Shown piece by piece: positions 60,689 through 64,000 of a stretch of DNA of 64,000 nucleotides. The DNA comes from an uncultured Rhodospirillaceae bacterium. GTDB lineage: Bacteria; Pseudomonadota; Alphaproteobacteria; MPNO01; UBA2964. A program made the position numbers and the translations under genes. Below the pieces are notes generated by a model, which was not told the origin of the DNA, did not search any database, and saw only the letters and a program-made list of their open reading frames with translations. Within the stretch, counting starts at the first letter, position 1. Each line of letters begins with the position of its first letter. The DNA lies in NCBI GenBank assembly GCA_964499275.1, contig CAZCKO010000002.1, positions 27,543 to 91,542 of the forward strand, read 5' to 3'.

Positions 60689-61900
60689 TTATCTGAGATA
60701 GTCAGCCATCATGTGGGCGAAGACTTTCGCAGCTCCGCATGATCTATCCACTGATGAACAGTCATCATCAGTATGGGCAAAACGATCCTCCCCACTTCCA
60801 TAGTTTGCACAGGGAATCCCAATATGGTTGAGGTAACCCTGATCAAAAGCAGTCGTGGTATAAAAGGTCTCTGGCGGGGCACCCAGCATTTCGTTTGCAG
60901 ATTTACAAATTGCCTTAACGATGGGTGAATCCATGTTGACGAGTGAGGGGTACATAAATGGTCCTTCTTTCATCTCAACTTCCCACTTGAAACCGCTTGC
61001 AGGGTCTTCAACACCATTAACTTCCATCACTATCTTTCGAATTTCTTCCCATTTTTCGTGGGGATTGTCACCCGGTAAAAGACGCCTATCCAGGGTTATC
61101 TCGCACTCCCCTTGGATTGTGTGAGTGGCATCGGGAAAACTTCTGATATGATTTACTGAAAAAGTAGGCTTTCCCAGGGATTCGTGCTCGCCGGATAATT
61201 CCAACTGACTCTCCAAGCGGCGAATTACTTCCAATGCCCCGGTAATGGCATTACAAGCACGGTTTGGCGCGCTCGAATGACCGGGGGACCCTTTGACTGT
61301 CACGAATGTATCAATGCGACCGCGGTTACCTAATGTTAATTTTAAACTAGTGCCGCCCAAAACTGCCATATCGGCGCGTATACCTTCACCTTCTATAACA
61401 CTTTTGATAGCGTCATGCCTTCCGGTTTCGCCGGAAACACAACATAAAAAGACTAGTTGCCCATTTAGAGGTAATTTGGTGGCAATAATAGTTTCGATTG
61501 CGTGCAGCATTGCCGCCATGGTGCCCTTTTGCTCGCTAGCTCCTTTTCCAAGAACTACTTCACCAGGTAGATCATATTGGCCACCATCGACAACATCTCC
61601 ATCATAGGCGTTTGCCATTGTCGATTGCGGTTGATTCATGGCATTGCTAATTAGCATTAGTGATTTGCCAGTGGTATTCTGTCCGTATTTCGCGATTAGA
61701 TTGTGCATGGCATCGTAACGAATGTCGTCAATTCCCATTTTCCGCAAGCGAGGTTCTACCGCTTTTCGGATGAATTCAGATAGAAGCGGTTCTGCCTCAA
61801 ATTTCTCAGTTTGTGGACTAGGTACTTTGACTAATTCAACGAGGATTTCCTTAACCCGTTCAGTTGATATTGCCCCTTCGATGGCAGTTTTGATGTCCAT
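60689..61900 (-). CDS. M20-family metallohydrolase (ArgE/DapE/CPG2-like amidohydrolase)
   Basis: 403 aa. GKGASEQKG and GSPGHSS blocks, with a C-terminal HTDDDC-type metal ligand region. Confidence 0.75.
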   Translation of the reverse strand: MDIKTAIEGAISTERVKEILVELVKVPSPQTEKFEAEPLLSEFIRKAVEPRLRKMGIDDIRYDAMHNLIAKYGQNTTGKSLMLISNAMNQPQSTMANAYDGDVVDGGQYDLPGEVVLGKGASEQKGTMAAMLHAIETIIATKLPLNGQLVFLCCVSGETGRHDAIKSVIEGEGIRADMAVLGGTSLKLTLGNRGRIDTFVTVKGSPGHSSAPNRACNAITGALEVIRRLESQLELSGEHESLGKPTFSVNHIRSFPDATHTIQGECEITLDRRLLPGDNPHEKWEEIRKIVMEVNGVEDPASGFKWEVEMKEGPFMYPSLVNMDSPIVKAICKSANEMLGAPPETFYTTTAFDQGYLNHIGIPCANYGSGEDRFAHTDDDCSSVDRSCGAAKVFAHMMADYLR

Positions 61901-62012
61901 GCTAAAATTAATACCCCAAAAAATGTGTCAAAGTATATTTATTATTAATAATTATTTATAAACCCTCAAAAATCCATATCTGATAATCAGGACTACCAGG
62001 TATGCTTCCGCG

Positions 62013-62041
62013 TTGACAAACCAACTGTACCTTATTATTGT
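62013..62041 (+). promoter_or_regulatory. Putative sigma70-type promoter of rpmJ
   Basis: TTGACA (62013..62018), 17-nt spacer, TATTGT (62036..62041), about 37 nt upstream of the ATG. Confidence 0.45.
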
Positions 62042-62078
62042 CCCGCCTTCCAAATTTAAGGTTGTAAAGAGTGAGCAG

Positions 62079-62204
62079 ATGAAAGTCGCTAATTCGCTTA
62101 AAACATTAAAAAACCGAGATAAAAACTGCCGAATTATTCGTCGGAAGGGTCGCGTATACGTGATCAATAAAAATAACCCACGTTTTAAGGCGAGACAGGG
62201 GTGA
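62079..62204 (+). CDS. rpmJ: 50S ribosomal protein L36
   Basis: ORF 62013..62204. ATG at 62079 gives the 41-aa [41 protein letters not shown], the alphaproteobacterial-type L36. Confidence 0.95.
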   Translation: MKVANSLKTLKNRDKNCRIIRRKGRVYVINKNNPRFKARQG

Positions 62205-62227
62205 TCTATAGTTCTATCATTATTAGG

Positions 62228-62253
62228 ACCGCGCTTTAGGCGCGGTTTTTTTT
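62228..62253 (+). terminator. Rho-independent terminator of rpmJ
   Basis: 7-bp stem accgcgc/gcgcggt with a 5-nt loop, followed by a T8 run. Confidence 0.8.
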
Positions 62254-62279
62254 CTTCATCTCAATACCGAGGGTAATAC

Positions 62280-62309
62280 TTGCTCAAGCTATAAAGGCTA
62301 TAGTTTAAT
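62280..62309 (+). promoter_or_regulatory. Possible promoter of glcD
   Basis: TTGCTC, 18-nt spacer, TTTAAT, about 40 nt upstream of the ATG. Weak. Confidence 0.3.
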
Positions 62310-62350
62310 TAGGTTCTAATATAAATCTTAATAAGCGGGGCAAACCTAAT

Positions 62351-63838
62351 ATGGAGATGCCGGGTCCCGATCCTGAAATTATTGAGCGACGGGGAAATAT
62401 TATAGAGGCGCTTCAAGCGATTATTCCAGCGAACTCCATAATTGCTGAAGAAGAGGGCTTGCGTCCCTTTGAGTGTGATGGGCTGACTGCCTATCGCGAA
62501 TTACCGTTAATCGTTGTGCTTCCAGAGAATGCAGATCAAATATCAAGGATCTTAAAATATTGTTATCAGGCTGGGGTTAAAATAGTTCCGCGTGGAGCTG
62601 GGACTTCGCTTTCCGGAGGTGCTTTGCCTCTAGCCGACGCGATTACGCTTGGTCTTAGCAAGCTTAATAAAATAATCGAAGTGGATTATGAAAATCGTTG
62701 CGTAGTTGCGGAACCAGGAGTAACTAACCTAGCGATTACGGAAGCTGTTGAGGATTGCGGTTATTATTATGCTCCGGATCCATCGAGCCAAATTGCTTGT
62801 ACAATTGGTGGCAATGTAGCGGAGAACTCAGGGGGTGTTCATTGTCTTAAATACGGACTGACAACTAACAACCTTCTCGGTCTTAAAATGGTTCTTATGG
62901 ACGGGCAAACGATTAGTCTTGGTGGCAAGCATATGGATTCCGGCGGTTATGATTTGATGGGCATTGTAACCGGGTCTGAAGGTTTACTGGGAGTTATCAC
63001 CGAAGTAACGGTGAAAATTTTGCCAACACCACCCACAGCACGGGCATTACTGATGGGATTTAATTCCAGCGAAGGGGCGGGAAACTGTGTCGCTTCAATT
63101 ATTGGGGCTGGTATTATTCCCGGCGGCATGGAGATGATGGATCGTAAAGCGATCCATGCGGCAGAAAACTTCGTCAATGCCGGCTATCCCCTTGATGCTG
63201 AAGCTATTCTTATTGTTGAGCTCGATGGTCCCGTGGAAGAAGTAGACTATTTGACGGATAAAGTTTCTGAAATTTCGTGTGGGGCTGGAGCTACATTTGT
63301 TAGGTCCAGTCTTAATGAAGAGGAACGATTACTGTTTTGGGCGGGCCGGAAGGCAGCATTTCCCGCGGTTGGAAGAATATCCCCAGATTATTATTGTATG
63401 GATGGTACCATTCCGCGCCATCGATTACCTGAAGTTTTGAAAAGGATAGCCGATGCGGCTGTTCGGTATGGCCTGGGAGTGGCGAATGTTTTCCACGCTG
63501 GTGACGGAAATCTTCACCCGTTGATCCTCTATGATGCAAATAAACCTGGCGAGCTCGAAAGTGCAGAGGCTTTTGGAGCGGAGATACTCAAGCTTTGTGT
63601 CGAAGTAGGGGGCGTACTTACTGGCGAGCATGGTGTGGGCGTTGAAAAGAGAGATTTGATGGAAACAATGTTTACAGAAGTTGATCTTATGCAACAGCAG
63701 AGGATTAAATGTGCGTTTGATCCCAAGCAGCTTCTTAATCCAGGAAAAGTATTTCCAAAGCTTCATCGATGTGCGGAATTAGGTAGGCTGCATATAAACG
63801 GCGGAGAAATGCGTTTCCCCAATTTACCGCGTTTCTAA
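62351..63838 (+). CDS. glcD: Glycolate oxidase FAD-linked subunit GlcD
   Basis: 495 aa. VVPRGAGTSLSGGALP FAD-binding PCMH block and C-terminal GEHGVGVEKR. Confidence 0.85.
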   Translation: MEMPGPDPEIIERRGNIIEALQAIIPANSIIAEEEGLRPFECDGLTAYRELPLIVVLPENADQISRILKYCYQAGVKIVPRGAGTSLSGGALPLADAITLGLSKLNKIIEVDYENRCVVAEPGVTNLAITEAVEDCGYYYAPDPSSQIACTIGGNVAENSGGVHCLKYGLTTNNLLGLKMVLMDGQTISLGGKHMDSGGYDLMGIVTGSEGLLGVITEVTVKILPTPPTARALLMGFNSSEGAGNCVASIIGAGIIPGGMEMMDRKAIHAAENFVNAGYPLDAEAILIVELDGPVEEVDYLTDKVSEISCGAGATFVRSSLNEEERLLFWAGRKAAFPAVGRISPDYYCMDGTIPRHRLPEVLKRIADAAVRYGLGVANVFHAGDGNLHPLILYDANKPGELESAEAFGAEILKLCVEVGGVLTGEHGVGVEKRDLMETMFTEVDLMQQQRIKCAFDPKQLLNPGKVFPKLHRCAELGRLHINGGEMRFPNLPRF

Positions 63839-64000
63839 TGTCTTCTGCCTTTGAACCAAAAAAGATTATTGATCTCGAACAGATCATTGGTGATGCGTTA
63901 GCTCAGCAAACCCCTCTAGAAATTTTGGGTGCAGGGTCAAAAAGAGCAGTCGGCCAGCCGATGGTTACAGCTCAGCAAGTTTCTCTCGTGAGCTTTTCTG
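63838..64000 (+). CDS. glcE: Glycolate oxidase FAD-binding subunit GlcE (5' part, runs off the window)
   Basis: TAATG overlap with glcD. The translation MSSAFEPKKIIDLEQIIGDALAQQTPLEILGAGSKRAVGQP fits a GlcE N-terminus, and the position after glcD agrees. Confidence 0.6.
   Translation, partial: MSSAFEPKKIIDLEQIIGDALAQQTPLEILGAGSKRAVGQPMVTAQQVSLVSFS

Noticed and set aside
62013-62078. 22-codon N-terminal extension of the L36 ORF
   Set aside because: L36 is a 41-aa protein. The internal ATG at 62079 gives the full conserved sequence, and the upstream part contains the likely promoter.
1-64000. Search for CRISPR arrays, IS elements, integrases, phage genes, restriction-modification, toxin-antitoxin or other defence systems
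   Set aside because: No repeat-spacer periodicity, no transposase/integrase/recombinase-like translations and no nuclease/methylase/ATPase defence signatures appear among the ORFs. The only mobile-element-like trace is the tRNA-like remnant.

Overview
Densely packed chromosomal segment with about 65 protein-coding genes. Many junctions are a few nt long or overlap, and several convergent genes abut with no spacer. I saw no rRNA, intact tRNA, CRISPR array, transposase, integrase, phage gene or recognisable defence gene. The content is almost entirely small-molecule catabolism and transport. Taxon is inference only: an alphaproteobacterium-like, probably streamlined marine genome, judged from the alphaproteobacterial-type L36, a Bug/TctC binding protein, a single recognisable transcription factor and orphan binding proteins.

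The dominant signal is eight TauD/TfdA-family Fe(II)/2-oxoglutarate dioxygenase genes. Four of them form a head-to-tail array at 40959..44458. They sit alongside two TauE/SafE-type permeases and two 4,5-dihydroxyphthalate-decarboxylase-like proteins.

Other oxidative and decarboxylating enzymes:
- a UbiD-family decarboxylase and an amidohydrolase-2 enzyme
- two Rieske oxygenase alpha/beta pairs
- LigAB-type extradiol dioxygenase
- two GMC oxidoreductases
- an LLM monooxygenase and an FAD monooxygenase
- an orphan molybdopterin hydroxylase large subunit

The units that best fit 'not a textbook pathway' are:
- (i) the TauD array locus
- (ii) a tightly coupled 7-gene operon at 51906..56726: aldolase-II/adducin, cupin, MaoC, RidA, degenerate MaoC, PaaK-like ligase, TauE-like permease
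- (iii) a soluble SdhA-like flavoprotein, a 2Fe-2S-only SdhB fragment and a binding-fold protein at 24239..27302
- (iv) a class-1B-type PyrK/PyrD-like pair next to a PuuE-like deacetylase

Three decay or rearrangement scars are visible: a tRNA-Val(GAC)-like remnant, a roughly 30-codon remnant of a second Mo-hydroxylase gene, and an MFS transporter that appears to lack TM1.

Housekeeping genes present are znuA (with a Zur-box-like palindrome), gnd, cspA-like, rpmJ and glcD/glcE. All functional calls rest on motif recognition by eye in the supplied translations. No database search was run.
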